DNA of 64,000 nucleotides from Roseburia sp. CAG:303. Lineage in GTDB: Bacteria > Bacillota > Clostridia > Lachnospirales > Lachnospiraceae. Below, one piece after another: positions 49,400 to 59,819 of this stretch. Positions within the stretch are counted from its first letter, which is position 1; every line of letters begins with the position of its first letter. Location: NCBI GenBank assembly GCA_000437755.1, contig FR900145.1, positions 50,242-114,241 of the forward strand. Reading direction: 5' to 3'. A program made the translations under genes and the position numbers. The notes beneath the pieces are model-generated. The model was given only the letters and a program-made list of their open reading frames with translations, was not told where the DNA came from and ran no database searches.

Positions 49400-50350
49400 T
49401 TGATAGAGGTAAAAAACTTAGTTAAGAAATATGGCGATCATCTTGCCGTAAATGATCTTAGCTTCACAATTGAACCGGGTAAGATCTATGGATTTCTTGG
49501 CCCGAATGGTGCAGGAAAATCAACCACGATGAATATTATAACAGGGTATCTTGCAGCGACAGAAGGACAGGTGCTGATTAATGGACATGATATCACCGAA
49601 GAGCCGGAAGAAGCAAAGAAATGCATCGGATACCTTCCGGAGATACCGCCATTGTATATGGATATGACGCCAAAGGAATATCTTGAGTTTGCATCCGATT
49701 TAAAAGGCATTCCGAAGGCGAAGAGGAAGGAAAGCATTGACCAGGTTGTAAAGATGGCAGGCATTGAAGATGTGTTCCTGCGTCTGATCAAGAACCTTTC
49801 CAAAGGTTATAAGCAGAGAGTCGGTCTTGCCCAGGCAATTCTCGGATTTCCGGAGATTATTATTCTCGACGAACCGACTGTCGGACTGGATCCGAAGCAG
49901 ATCGTGGAAATCAGGGAAGTGATTAAGAAACTCGGAAAGCATCACACGGTTATCCTGAGTACCCATATCATGCAGGAGGTCAGTGCTGTCTGTGACGAAG
50001 TTCTGATTATTTCAAAGGGACAGTTAGTGGCGAAGGACACACCGGATAATCTCGGAAAACATGTGGAAGGTTCTAATAATCTCGAAGTGCTGGTTGCTGC
50101 ACCGGATTACAAGGTAAAGGCGATCTTAAACAAGCTGGATAAGATTCATAAATTTGAAGTATTAAATGCAACCGAACAGGGCTGTACGCGTGCACTTATC
50201 ACAACCGGAATGGAATATGACGTGCGCCAGGATTTGTTCTATGCGTGTGCAGCGGCAAAATGTCCGATTGTAGGAATGCAGAATTCCAATATGTCACTGG
50301 AAGATGTATTTATTAAAGTTACAGGAAATGACGGAAAGAAGAGCCGTTAA
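49400..50350 (+). CDS. ABC transporter ATP-binding protein (ABC-2 subfamily)
   Basis: Walker A GPNGAGKST, signature LSKGYKQRVGLA, Walker B IIILDEPTVGLD; TTG start after AAGGAGGA. Confidence 0.9.
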   Translation: MIEVKNLVKKYGDHLAVNDLSFTIEPGKIYGFLGPNGAGKSTTMNIITGYLAATEGQVLINGHDITEEPEEAKKCIGYLPEIPPLYMDMTPKEYLEFASDLKGIPKAKRKESIDQVVKMAGIEDVFLRLIKNLSKGYKQRVGLAQAILGFPEIIILDEPTVGLDPKQIVEIREVIKKLGKHHTVILSTHIMQEVSAVCDEVLIISKGQLVAKDTPDNLGKHVEGSNNLEVLVAAPDYKVKAILNKLDKIHKFEVLNATEQGCTRALITTGMEYDVRQDLFYACAAAKCPIVGMQNSNMSLEDVFIKVTGNDGKKSR

Positions 50351-50371
50351 TGGTGGGAAAGGAAAAAGAAG

Positions 50372-51259
50372 ATGTTAGCGATTTATAAAAAAGAAGTAAA
50401 ATCCTACTTTACGACAATGACAGGATATGTCTTTATAGCATTCCTTGCACTGGTCGTTGGGTATGTATTTTATATGATTAATGTAAAGAGCAGTTATGCA
50501 TGGATCGGTAAAACATTGGAGTACTCCTATGTATCCATTGTCTTTATGATCCTCGTACCTGTTATGACAATGAAAGTATTTGCGGATGAAAGGCATACAA
50601 AGACAGACCAGATGCTGTTTACCGCACCGGTTACGGTCGGACAGATCGTGTGGGGCAAATATCTTGCCATACTTACTGTATTTCTGGTAAATGTCCTGAT
50701 TATCTGCATGTATCCGCTGTTTATGGCAGATTATGGTGAGATTCCGTTCCTGGCATCCTACAGTGCCATTGGCGGATTCTTCCTGATGGGTGCGGTATAT
50801 TTTGCCGTAGGACTATTCATATCATCCATTACAGAGAACCAGATTATCTCTGCAGTCGTTACATTTGCGGTAATCCTGCTGTCATTCATGATGCAGTATA
50901 TGACCGGAATTGTGCCGAGCAAGCCTATGCCGACCGCAGTTGTGACCGCCGTATTTTTTGTTATTCTGGCAGTTCTCTACTATATATTGTTCCGAAACAA
51001 TGTTCACAATGCATTGCTGATTTCTGGAATTATCGGAGTTATTGGAATAATTGGAGTTATTATAGCATATTTAATCAATTCATCCATGTTTGAAGGATTT
51101 TTAGAGCAGGTAATGCTTCATTTATCCGTCAGCTATATGTACAGCTATTTCTTTGAAACAGAAGTGCTGGATTTGAATGGAATTGTATATTTCGTGTCAC
51201 TGATTGGATTATTCGTATTCCTTACTGTACAGTCAGTACAGAAGAGACGCTGGAGCTAA
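50372..51259 (+). CDS. ABC-2 type transporter permease
   Basis: 6 TM hydrophobic protein immediately downstream of the ATPase. Confidence 0.7.
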   Translation: MLAIYKKEVKSYFTTMTGYVFIAFLALVVGYVFYMINVKSSYAWIGKTLEYSYVSIVFMILVPVMTMKVFADERHTKTDQMLFTAPVTVGQIVWGKYLAILTVFLVNVLIICMYPLFMADYGEIPFLASYSAIGGFFLMGAVYFAVGLFISSITENQIISAVVTFAVILLSFMMQYMTGIVPSKPMPTAVVTAVFFVILAVLYYILFRNNVHNALLISGIIGVIGIIGVIIAYLINSSMFEGFLEQVMLHLSVSYMYSYFFETEVLDLNGIVYFVSLIGLFVFLTVQSVQKRRWS

Positions 51260-51271
51260 GGAGGTGTTACT

Positions 51272-52813
51272 GTGAGCGAAAAGGATAATAAAAAAGAAAA
51301 GAAAGCAAAGAAAAAAGCCAGAAGCCAGGCAAGCATGAGAAAAGCATCCAATGCAAATTACATGGCAGGAGTTACCGTACTTGCAGTAGTATTTGTCATT
51401 ATCATCAACCTGATATCAAATGCACTCAGCACCAATATCACACAGATTGATTTAAGCAGAAAAGATATCTTTACCCTCACTGATACTTCAGTGAATTACC
51501 TGAAGAATCTGGATCAGGATATTACGATTATTACACTGGCAAGCTCAGGTTCCGAATATGCGGACTTGCAGCGGCTGCTGAACGACTATGCTGCACACAG
51601 CAGCCATATCAAGCTGGAAACAAAAGATCCTGCAAAAAGCCCTGACATTGTATCAAAGTACAATGCAAACATGACACAGGGAAGTATCGTCGTGGTATGT
51701 GGGGATAGATATAAGGCAATCGACCTGACAGACATGGTTATATCAACCTCTGTGGACAGTGAAGATACTTCATCGTCATCGTCATCCTCATCGTCATCGT
51801 CATCCTCATCCTCATCTTCCAGCGGATATGTATATTATCAGTACGACATGGAAGGTCAGATTACCAATGCCATCGATTATGTAACATCCGAGAAAACCAT
51901 GAAAGCATATGTATTGACCGGTTCCGGAAAATCAGTGCTTGGAACGGTGGAATCCGATATTCAGAAACAGAACATCGACGTCGAGGATCTGAACCTGGAG
52001 AACGAAGGGGCAATTCCGGAAGATGCGGATTTCCTCATCATCAACAGCATGACCGGTGATTTTACCGACAAGGAATACCAGTGTATCTCCGATTATCTGG
52101 ATAACGGCGGTTCTCTCTTTATAGCAGAAGAATATAAGATGGTAAAGACCGATGCGGTTCTTCCGAACTTTGATGCGATTCTGGAAAGATACGGGCTCAG
52201 TGTAAACCATGTGACCGTACTGGAACAGAACAATGCTTATTATTATACCAGTGATAATGGTGATTATAACTTTATGGTAAAACCGGTTTTGAGAAGCCAT
52301 GAAATCACACAGGATCTTATTGATGCAGGGGCAAGTCTTCTGCTGATCGCTTCTGACAAAGTGGATATCGAAGAGAAAGATGGCGTTACGGTTGTACCAT
52401 TGTTAGAATCATCCGGAACAGCATATTATAAATCAAAATCGGACAGCTCCTATGCGAAGTTAAATACAGATCCGTCCGGTACTTATACCTATGCGGTTGC
52501 AGCCACACAGACACTGGATGATGGAAAAGAATCAAAACTGGTTTACAGTGGTTCCTATTCCGTACTGGCAAGGGAAGGTGTCGCAAATATCAACGATACA
52601 CTTGCCGAAGCAAATACAAAATTTGTAATCAACAGTATGAAGTGGATAACCGGACAGGAAGATACCGTATATGTGGATAAGAAGTCAAAATCTTATAATC
52701 GTCTGGTTTATGTGCATGATGTAGATGTAAAGATTGGTTATCTGACCGTAGGCATACCGGCAGCAATTCTGATTGTCGGAGGCATTATCTGGTACAGGAG
52801 AAGAAAGAAGTAA
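51272..52813 (+). CDS. GldG-family ABC-transporter auxiliary protein with poly-Ser tract
   Basis: N- and C-terminal TM; ITQIDLSRKDIFTLTDTSVNYLKNLDQDITII typical of GldG; 18-Ser run. Confidence 0.6.
   Translation: MSEKDNKKEKKAKKKARSQASMRKASNANYMAGVTVLAVVFVIIINLISNALSTNITQIDLSRKDIFTLTDTSVNYLKNLDQDITIITLASSGSEYADLQRLLNDYAAHSSHIKLETKDPAKSPDIVSKYNANMTQGSIVVVCGDRYKAIDLTDMVISTSVDSEDTSSSSSSSSSSSSSSSSSSGYVYYQYDMEGQITNAIDYVTSEKTMKAYVLTGSGKSVLGTVESDIQKQNIDVEDLNLENEGAIPEDADFLIINSMTGDFTDKEYQCISDYLDNGGSLFIAEEYKMVKTDAVLPNFDAILERYGLSVNHVTVLEQNNAYYYTSDNGDYNFMVKPVLRSHEITQDLIDAGASLLLIASDKVDIEEKDGVTVVPLLESSGTAYYKSKSDSSYAKLNTDPSGTYTYAVAATQTLDDGKESKLVYSGSYSVLAREGVANINDTLAEANTKFVINSMKWITGQEDTVYVDKKSKSYNRLVYVHDVDVKIGYLTVGIPAAILIVGGIIWYRRRKK
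51770..51820 (+). repeat. (TCATCG/TCATCC)n hexanucleotide microsatellite encoding poly-Ser
   Basis: tcatcgtcatcgtcatcctcatcgtcatcgtcatcctcatcctcatcttcc. Confidence 0.9.
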
Positions 52814-52816
52814 TAT

Positions 52817-54340
52817 ATGAAAGCAAAGAGAACAAGAAATTTAATCATAATGGGTGTTGTACTGGTATTGCTCATCGGTGTTCTGGTTCTGATTCAGATT
52901 GGAAATAAAAAGGACAAAAAAGATGACGGTACGGATACCGTTACCTATACCGAAGCACTGACCTCGTTTAAGGAAAGTGAGATTTCAAAAGTATCTTATC
53001 AGTACCGTGATGGGGAAAAGCTGAATTATAAGCTGATTAAGGATATCTGGTATAATGCGGATGATGAAGATTTTCCATTATCCTCCACAGCTTTCTCCAA
53101 TAATTTTGTAACAAAATTTGTGGCAGCCCGGACAAGCCGTGAAGTAGAAGATGCGGATAGTGATGACAAATACGGATTAGACGATCCTTACCTCACCCTC
53201 GAAGTAGAGAATCTTGGCGGTATAAAAGAAACTTTCTATATTGGTGATTATAATTCCATGCTTCAGGAATACTATCTGAAGATAGAAGGAAAAGATAAGA
53301 TTTATACTGTGAACACGGATTTGCTCTACGTCTGCCGTGAAGATATGTACGATTATGCAAATGTGGAATCATTCCCGGCTTTTGCGACCGATACCCTCAA
53401 CGATATCACCATCAATAATGATGGTCTTACCGTAAAAATGGTATACATGGAAAACGGATCGGAAACCGACCTGATCGGTACCTGTAAATGGTTCTTCAGT
53501 ACCCCGTTTTTAACCTACCGTTCCGCAGAAACAAACAAGATTGATGATTTACAATCGGATACCCTTGATAAATTACAATTTTCAAAGCTGGTAAATTATA
53601 AGGCGACAAAGGAAGACCTCGATGCTTATGGACTGACGGATTCCAAGCGTCAGTATATCATCAATTACCGTGATACCGATGCCGATACCGGCGTGACCCA
53701 GAATGCGTCTAAAACCGTTGATTTCGGTGCATATGACGAAGCTACCGGCTGTTACTATGCACGAATCACAAAGACGGTGGGAAATGCCAAAGAAGTATCA
53801 GGGAATGTTTATCTGATTTCCAAAGCATCTGCCGAAGCAGTGCTGGGTATCGATCCGCTCGACTATATTTACAAACAGGTGATCTATATCAAACTTTCCG
53901 ATATTGCTGCAAAACCTGCAACTTCCACCGAAGAAGCACATGATGCCGGAAGCATTGTATTTACCACTCCGGACGGCGAATATACCCTGTTAAACAAGAC
54001 CACCTATGCTTCTGATGGAAAGACGGAGCAGAACCTGTATGAAATCAATGGAAAAGAAGTCGATGAAGAGGCTCTGGAAGATTTTTATTTTGATATTCTT
54101 TCCAAATGCGGTGTGGAGCGTATTATCTACGATCAGTCCACGGTTGTAACGGATCAGGATCCTGTATACACCATCGTTTATAACAGACAGCTCGATGATT
54201 ACTATGGAAACGTAACTGTACAATATACAACCTACGATTCCAACTATTATCAGGCAACCGTCAATGGTAAAACAGATATTCTTGTGAATAAGCGTATTAT
54301 GGATGAAACCATGGCACAGCTTGCTGAAATGACAAAATAA
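52817..54340 (+). CDS. DUF4340-like protein (partner of GldG module)
   Basis: N-terminal TM then ~480-aa extracytoplasmic domain; gene order ABC-2/GldG/DUF4340. Confidence 0.45.
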   Translation: MKAKRTRNLIIMGVVLVLLIGVLVLIQIGNKKDKKDDGTDTVTYTEALTSFKESEISKVSYQYRDGEKLNYKLIKDIWYNADDEDFPLSSTAFSNNFVTKFVAARTSREVEDADSDDKYGLDDPYLTLEVENLGGIKETFYIGDYNSMLQEYYLKIEGKDKIYTVNTDLLYVCREDMYDYANVESFPAFATDTLNDITINNDGLTVKMVYMENGSETDLIGTCKWFFSTPFLTYRSAETNKIDDLQSDTLDKLQFSKLVNYKATKEDLDAYGLTDSKRQYIINYRDTDADTGVTQNASKTVDFGAYDEATGCYYARITKTVGNAKEVSGNVYLISKASAEAVLGIDPLDYIYKQVIYIKLSDIAAKPATSTEEAHDAGSIVFTTPDGEYTLLNKTTYASDGKTEQNLYEINGKEVDEEALEDFYFDILSKCGVERIIYDQSTVVTDQDPVYTIVYNRQLDDYYGNVTVQYTTYDSNYYQATVNGKTDILVNKRIMDETMAQLAEMTK

Positions 54341-54357
54341 AATAAATGAATAAAATC

Positions 54358-54412
54358 AAATCTCCCGGTCATACTAAGAGGGAAACAACTTTTAGTATGA
54401 AGGGAGATTTTT
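54358..54412 (+). terminator. long imperfect hairpin followed by a T-run, overlapping the RBS of the next gene
   Basis: atctccc...catactaa...ttagtatg...gggagat followed by tttttta. Confidence 0.4.
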
Positions 54413-54413
54413 T

Positions 54414-54725
54414 ATGTGTAAAATGAGAAAAATCGCAATCTGTATGGTAACTCTTATGATGATGACAGGACTCGCAGCCTGCTCTGCCGATAATAACACG
54501 GACAGCAATGTAAACAGTGTGACCGATGAGAGCGGAAACAGCAGTAACAGTGATAACGGCAAAAACACGGATAACAGTCTGGAAAAAGATATGGATCATA
54601 TTGGGGATGACATCAAAGACGGTGTGGAAGATGTCGGGGACGATATCAAAGACGGTGTGGATGATCTGGGCGGAAATGAGAAAAATGCCACAGGTTCATC
54701 AAATACTTCCGGCACGGCAAGATAA
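54414..54725 (+). CDS. small lipoprotein with tandem GDDIKDGVxD repeats
   Basis: Lipobox LAAC; HIGDDIKDGVEDVGDDIKDGVDDLGG; Asn/Ser/Asp-rich. Confidence 0.5.
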   Translation: MCKMRKIAICMVTLMMMTGLAACSADNNTDSNVNSVTDESGNSSNSDNGKNTDNSLEKDMDHIGDDIKDGVEDVGDDIKDGVDDLGGNEKNATGSSNTSGTAR

Positions 54726-54803
54726 TATGTCACACACCCGGGCGATGTTCATATAATAAATAAAACGCATTTTATCCTGTGACAGGATAGAAACGGGGAT
54801 TAT

Positions 54804-55565
54804 ATGGCATACAGGATTGTGATCGATCCCGGTCATGGCGGAAGTGACTGGGGAGCAAGTTATGAGGGACGGAAGGAGAAGGATGATAATCTGAACCTTG
54901 CACTGGCAGTCGGACGGATTCTTCAGAATAATGGTGTGGATATTGAATACACAAGGACAGACGATGTATACAATACACCATTGGAGAAAGCAATGATGGG
55001 AAATAATGCCGATGCGGATTTCTTTATTTCTTTTCACAGAAATGCAACGGGTGTGCCTGAAAAATCAACCGGGATAGAAACACTGGTATTTCAGGACAGC
55101 GGAATAAAAGCGGAAATGGCACGCAACATAAACAGAGAGCTGGCAAATCTTGGTTTTGAAGACCGCGGAGTAATCGAACGACCGAATCTTGTGGTGCTGA
55201 AAAGGACCAAAATGCCGGCATTACTTATAGAGGCAGGATTTATTGATAATGAAAAGGACAACGCTAAATTTGATGCAGAATTTGATCAGATTGCAGAGGC
55301 TATCGCACAGGGCATACTCGAAACCCTTGACATGGGAACACTTACTGAGATGCCTCTGTATAAAGTTCAGGTCGGGGCTTATGAGGATAAAAATGATGCT
55401 GACCAATTGGTAAGCACCCTGCAGAACCGGGGATTTGATCCGTATGTCATTTTCCAGAACGGATTATATAAAGTACAAATAGGAGCATTTTCCAGACTGT
55501 CCAATGCGGCGGCGATGGAGAACAGGATAAGGGATGAGGGATTCCCGACCTTCATTACCACCTAA
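54804..55565 (+). CDS. N-acetylmuramoyl-L-alanine amidase (Amidase_3) with C-terminal SPOR domain
   Basis: IVIDPGHGGSDWGA...FISFHRNA...LIEAGFIDNEKD; C-terminal YKVQVGAY...YKVQIGAF SPOR repeats. Confidence 0.85.
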   Translation: MAYRIVIDPGHGGSDWGASYEGRKEKDDNLNLALAVGRILQNNGVDIEYTRTDDVYNTPLEKAMMGNNADADFFISFHRNATGVPEKSTGIETLVFQDSGIKAEMARNINRELANLGFEDRGVIERPNLVVLKRTKMPALLIEAGFIDNEKDNAKFDAEFDQIAEAIAQGILETLDMGTLTEMPLYKVQVGAYEDKNDADQLVSTLQNRGFDPYVIFQNGLYKVQIGAFSRLSNAAAMENRIRDEGFPTFITT

Positions 55566-55600
55566 GAAAAAAAACAGCCTCGGCATGAGGCTGTTTTTTG
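55566..55600. terminator. bidirectional terminator between amidase (+) and argS (-)
   Basis: aaaaaaaacagcctcggcatgaggctgttttttg. Confidence 0.75.
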
Positions 55601-55602
55601 AA

Positions 55603-57378
55603 TTACATACGTTCCGGTGCACTGAATCCCAGTAAATCAATGCAAGTTTCCAGGGTATGCCTGGTCAGCTTCAGGAGAGCAATAAATCCTGACTGACGTA
55701 CGGCATCACTTTCTCCCATGATATTATTCTCGTGGTAGAATTTGTTAAATGCATCGGATAAGTTGTAGATATAAGCACAAATCTTATGCGGGGCAAGTTC
55801 ACAGTAAGCGGATTCAAATACGGAATTGAATCTGACTAATTCCGTCATAAGCTGTTTTTCTGTAGCACTCTGTGTCCGGTTCATCTCATTGCAGTTCTCA
55901 CAGGAACCGAACTCCTGTGCGTATCTGGCAAGAATGGATTTGATGCGGACGATCGTGTACAGGATATATGGACCGGTATTTCCTTCAAAAGAGGAGAAAC
56001 GGTCAATATCAAAGACATAGTCCTTGGATGCCTGGTTGGACAGATCACCATATTTTAAGGCGGAGAGTCCTACGATGGAAGCAACCTGTCTTGCCTCATC
56101 TTCTGGTAAAGTACGGTTGTCCATGATTTTTGCGTAGACCGCATCATTGATGGAAGCAATCAGGTTTTCCAGACGCATGACACCGCCTTCACGGGTTTTA
56201 AACGGTCGTCCGTCTTTTCCGTTCATCGTACCGAAGCCCTGGAAAGTAAGCTCTGTCTGCTCACAGAGTCCGGCCTTCTTTGCGGCACGGAATACCTGGG
56301 TAAAATGCATGGACTGACGGTTATCCGCAACATAGAGTATCTGATCCGGGTGGTAATCCTGCTCTCTCTGGATGATTGTGGCAAGATCGGAGGTCGCATA
56401 CAATGCAGCACCATCTGATTTGCGGACAATACATGGAGGGATCTCTTTGGTATCCTCTTCGGTTGCAACGTCGATGACCAAAGCTCCCTGACTTTCGTGG
56501 GCAAGTCCTTTTTCCAGAAAACCATTAATCATATCCGGAATATAAGGATCGGCATCGCTTTCCCCTTTCCATACATCAAAAGAAACATTCAGGTTCTCAT
56601 AATTTTTCTTTAAATCGGCAACAGAAACATTTAAGATATGGTGCCATAAAGCACGATATGCAGGATAACCTTCCTGCAGCTTTAAGGTAGCGGTGTGTGC
56701 CTGGTCCTTAAATGCCTCGTCCTTTTTGGATTTCTCACTGGCAGCCGGATAAATCTTCTCAAGCTCTGATATGGTAAATGGTGCTTCCGAAGGATATTCT
56801 CCCTGATAATTCTCATCAAAGTATACAAGATCCGGTTTTTCACAGCGGAGCTGTTCGATGATAAGTCCCATCTGAAGTCCCCAGTCACCGAGATGTACAT
56901 CTGCAGTTACGGTATCGCCTGCAAAACGGAAAATCCGCTTCAGGCTTTCGCCGATAACGGCAGAACGGAGATGACCGACATGAAGCGGTTTTGCAACATT
57001 CGGTCCGCCATAATCAATGACAATGCGTTTTGTGGCATCGCTGCGTTCGTATCCGAGTTTTGCGTCCGCTGCCATCTGCTCTGCATAACCGGCAAGAAAG
57101 GCAGGACTAAGCACCAGATTGATAAATCCCGGTTTGACCATCTCAATCATGGAAAACATCTCTGTATTGCCGGATTCCTTTATATAACTGACAATCTCAT
57201 CTGCAATCATGAAAGGAGCTTTTTTATACTCCTTTGCAGCTGCCATTGCACCATTACACTGGTATTCACACAGATCCGGGCGGTTCGATATGGAAACCTT
57301 TGCATATTTTCCGTCATATCCGCAGGATGCAAAAGCTTTTGCAAATTCTTCGGACATTAAATCAAGTAATTTTTTCAT
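55603..57378 (-). CDS. argS: arginine--tRNA ligase
   Basis: 591 aa; HVGHLRSAVIGESL (HIGH-like) motif; class I aaRS with DALR anticodon-binding C-terminus. Confidence 0.95.
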   Translation of the reverse strand: MKKLLDLMSEEFAKAFASCGYDGKYAKVSISNRPDLCEYQCNGAMAAAKEYKKAPFMIADEIVSYIKESGNTEMFSMIEMVKPGFINLVLSPAFLAGYAEQMAADAKLGYERSDATKRIVIDYGGPNVAKPLHVGHLRSAVIGESLKRIFRFAGDTVTADVHLGDWGLQMGLIIEQLRCEKPDLVYFDENYQGEYPSEAPFTISELEKIYPAASEKSKKDEAFKDQAHTATLKLQEGYPAYRALWHHILNVSVADLKKNYENLNVSFDVWKGESDADPYIPDMINGFLEKGLAHESQGALVIDVATEEDTKEIPPCIVRKSDGAALYATSDLATIIQREQDYHPDQILYVADNRQSMHFTQVFRAAKKAGLCEQTELTFQGFGTMNGKDGRPFKTREGGVMRLENLIASINDAVYAKIMDNRTLPEDEARQVASIVGLSALKYGDLSNQASKDYVFDIDRFSSFEGNTGPYILYTIVRIKSILARYAQEFGSCENCNEMNRTQSATEKQLMTELVRFNSVFESAYCELAPHKICAYIYNLSDAFNKFYHENNIMGESDAVRQSGFIALLKLTRHTLETCIDLLGFSAPERM

Positions 57379-57399
57379 GTTAAAATCCCTTCCTGGTAA

Positions 57400-57747
57400 T
57401 TATTCTGCACTTTCCGCAGTGGTTTCTTCTTCAGTCTGGTCTGCACCTTCGGCAGCAGTTGTGTCAGCAGAAGCATCGGAACTGCCGTCCGCTGAAGATG
57501 AAGCCTGGTTCAGAAGAGAAGAGAGCTGTTCAGCACTGAGTGTGATTGTGTTGGCAGAGGTTTCAGAAGATTTGCTTCCCAGTCTGCCGCTTAAGCTTGC
57601 TGCAGCAAGGCATACCACTGCAATAAAAGCAACGGTTACAAGTACAGAAAGAAAAATGTTAATAATTCTTTTCTGTTTTTTCTTTGCAAGCTGTTTTTTT
57701 CGGTTCGCTTTTTCTGCTTTTCTTTTATCAATTTTTTCCTGACTCAT
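57400..57747 (-). CDS. small membrane-anchored protein with Lys-rich N-terminus, unknown function
   Basis: 115 aa; KRKAEKANRKKQLAKKKQKR then TM then Ser/Ala/Thr/Glu-rich tail; 22 nt upstream of argS. Confidence 0.4.
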   Translation of the reverse strand: MSQEKIDKRKAEKANRKKQLAKKKQKRIINIFLSVLVTVAFIAVVCLAAASLSGRLGSKSSETSANTITLSAEQLSSLLNQASSSADGSSDASADTTAAEGADQTEEETTAESAE

Positions 57748-57929
57748 TCTTAAGTACCTTCCTCATAAAAATATATAACGATCCCATTATATACTATATT
57801 TCTATAGAAATAAAGCAGTTTTTACGAAAAATTAATCTAATTTCCTTGTAGTTTCATTCCGGATATGTTAAAATTATTTCTAATTATGTCATCAGAAAAG
57901 AAGACAAATACAACAAGGATGTGAAAGTG

Positions 57930-58952
57930 ATGGAAACAGGAGATATTCAGATAAAAAACGCAATCGTGCATATCATGGACACCAGTCTTGGAATGGCCGT
58001 ATATTCGGATGTGGAACTGGATTACGGTTCTGATTTTTCGGACTTTATGAAAAACCATATTGCCAGGGTGTACAATAGCGATGACCTGAAGAAGTGTCGG
58101 TTTGAGGAAGGCTCAGAGGTGGCAGAACTGATACAGGAGGTCATCGAGGAAAAGCGGGATTTCATTTCCATGAGCAGGGAGATGAGCGGAAAATTGTATG
58201 AAATTATGCAGGCGAATCCGGATATTCCGTCCGCAGATTTGCTGATTGCATATTTTGAAATTGGGACAAATCCGAATCTTGCTATATTGAAGATGAATTA
58301 TAAAGAGAGTTACACACATTCCACGGCGGCGGGGGAGAATGGCAATGTAAACACCATTATCAGATACCGTTCCACACTGCCGGGAGGCACGCAGAAACTT
58401 ACGGAAGCTGCGATTATCAATCTGTCGGATTTCGGAATCCGTCTGCTTGAGAAGAAATACGAGGTCAATGGGGCGAAGGAGAATTACTTCTCCGGAAGAT
58501 ATTTGCAATGTACCACGAAGATGTCACAGAAAGCAAAACTGGCGGTCGTAGAGAAGGCAGTCGAAGCGGTTCAGAGGGAATTCCTGAATGAATCTGAACA
58601 GTTTGAAGAACATATGAAGGCAAAGAGCATCATTCACCAGGAGATAGAAGAGCAGGGCAGTATCAGCATACCGGAAGTCACGGCAAAGGTATTCGGAAAT
58701 CAGGAAGCCATGCAGGAAAAATTCCGTGAGAAGATTGAGAAATATAATATCTCGGAAGAAGAAGTGATCGAACCGAAGAATGAAACGACCGTAAAGAAGT
58801 TTGCAAAGCAGCATCTTACCACGGATACGGGAATCGAAATCAAGATACCGATGGAACAGTATAACAGTACCGATAACATTGAATTTATGACGAATGAGGA
58901 CGGAACGATCTCCGTACTGATTAAAAATATCGGACATATTACATCAAAGTAA
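57930..58952 (+). CDS. nucleoid-associated protein NdpA/YejK-like (PF04245-like), tentative
   Basis: N-terminal IQIKNAIVHIMD resembles the NdpA N-terminus; ~340 aa; AAGGA RBS before ATG 57930. Confidence 0.35.
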   Translation: METGDIQIKNAIVHIMDTSLGMAVYSDVELDYGSDFSDFMKNHIARVYNSDDLKKCRFEEGSEVAELIQEVIEEKRDFISMSREMSGKLYEIMQANPDIPSADLLIAYFEIGTNPNLAILKMNYKESYTHSTAAGENGNVNTIIRYRSTLPGGTQKLTEAAIINLSDFGIRLLEKKYEVNGAKENYFSGRYLQCTTKMSQKAKLAVVEKAVEAVQREFLNESEQFEEHMKAKSIIHQEIEEQGSISIPEVTAKVFGNQEAMQEKFREKIEKYNISEEEVIEPKNETTVKKFAKQHLTTDTGIEIKIPMEQYNSTDNIEFMTNEDGTISVLIKNIGHITSK

Positions 58953-58961
58953 GGATAAAAT

Positions 58962-59819
58962 ATGAGAACACAGGACAGCTTTGAACTGAAAGTGCTGCGG
59001 GCACTATTGCCATTAATTATCTATTACGGAGTGCAGCTTGTCGTACAGGCAATATTTGGAATCTATGCCATGTGGTATAAATTCGTGGATATCGGGCAGA
59101 GTGATACCAGACATTATCTGCTTGGCTATCAGTATTTTGATAATATCCAGGAATATCTCCAGCAGCATAGTCTGGTCATTCTGTTCCTTGCGGCGGTGAT
59201 TACCTGTCCGATCCTGCTTCTCATCAGCCGCAGAAGCAGTGAGGCGGATATGCACTGGGAGCCGGCGGGAATCCGTGCTTCGGGAATCATCCTGTTTTTC
59301 GGGATATTTACAAGCGGCGCACTGGGAAAAGCAGTAACACTTCTTCCGCTTGGCAGGGCTGGGGAAGAATACAGCACTGTATCAGAGAATTTTTTAAGCA
59401 ATCCATTGCTTTTCCAGATTCTGACATTATGCATCGTGGCACCGGTCATCGAAGAAATCGTTTTTCGCGGCATGATGTACGACCGGCTGTGCGAATATAC
59501 CAAAGAAGAAAATGCAATACTGCTCTCATCCCTGCTCTTTGGGATTTACCACGGAAATCTGACGCAGGGCATTTATGCGGGACTGCTTGGCATCTTCCTC
59601 TGCATAGCCAGAGAGCGCTGTCATACCATGACAGCACCGGTTCTGTTGCACATGAGCTGCAACACAACGGCATTCATTATGATGTATCTGCCGGTTTGTG
59701 AAAAAATAAACAATGTATTGCTGTCAAAAATTATTATTATGTTGCTGGAATTCATAGGAATGGGAGTGTTTGCATTTCTATTTATGCGTAATACGGACAA
59801 GGAACAGGAGGAAACGTAG
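58962..59819 (+). CDS. CPBP family intramembrane glutamic endopeptidase (CAAX protease/Abi)
   Basis: EEIVFRGMMYDRL and FGIYHGN motifs; polytopic. Confidence 0.8.
   Translation: MRTQDSFELKVLRALLPLIIYYGVQLVVQAIFGIYAMWYKFVDIGQSDTRHYLLGYQYFDNIQEYLQQHSLVILFLAAVITCPILLLISRRSSEADMHWEPAGIRASGIILFFGIFTSGALGKAVTLLPLGRAGEEYSTVSENFLSNPLLFQILTLCIVAPVIEEIVFRGMMYDRLCEYTKEENAILLSSLLFGIYHGNLTQGIYAGLLGIFLCIARERCHTMTAPVLLHMSCNTTAFIMMYLPVCEKINNVLLSKIIIMLLEFIGMGVFAFLFMRNTDKEQEET

Noticed and set aside
57748-57929. T-box riboswitch upstream of the argS operon
   Set aside because: The leader is only ~170 nt and lacks the T-box consensus (AATTAGGGTGGNACCGCG) and a specifier/antiterminator arrangement.
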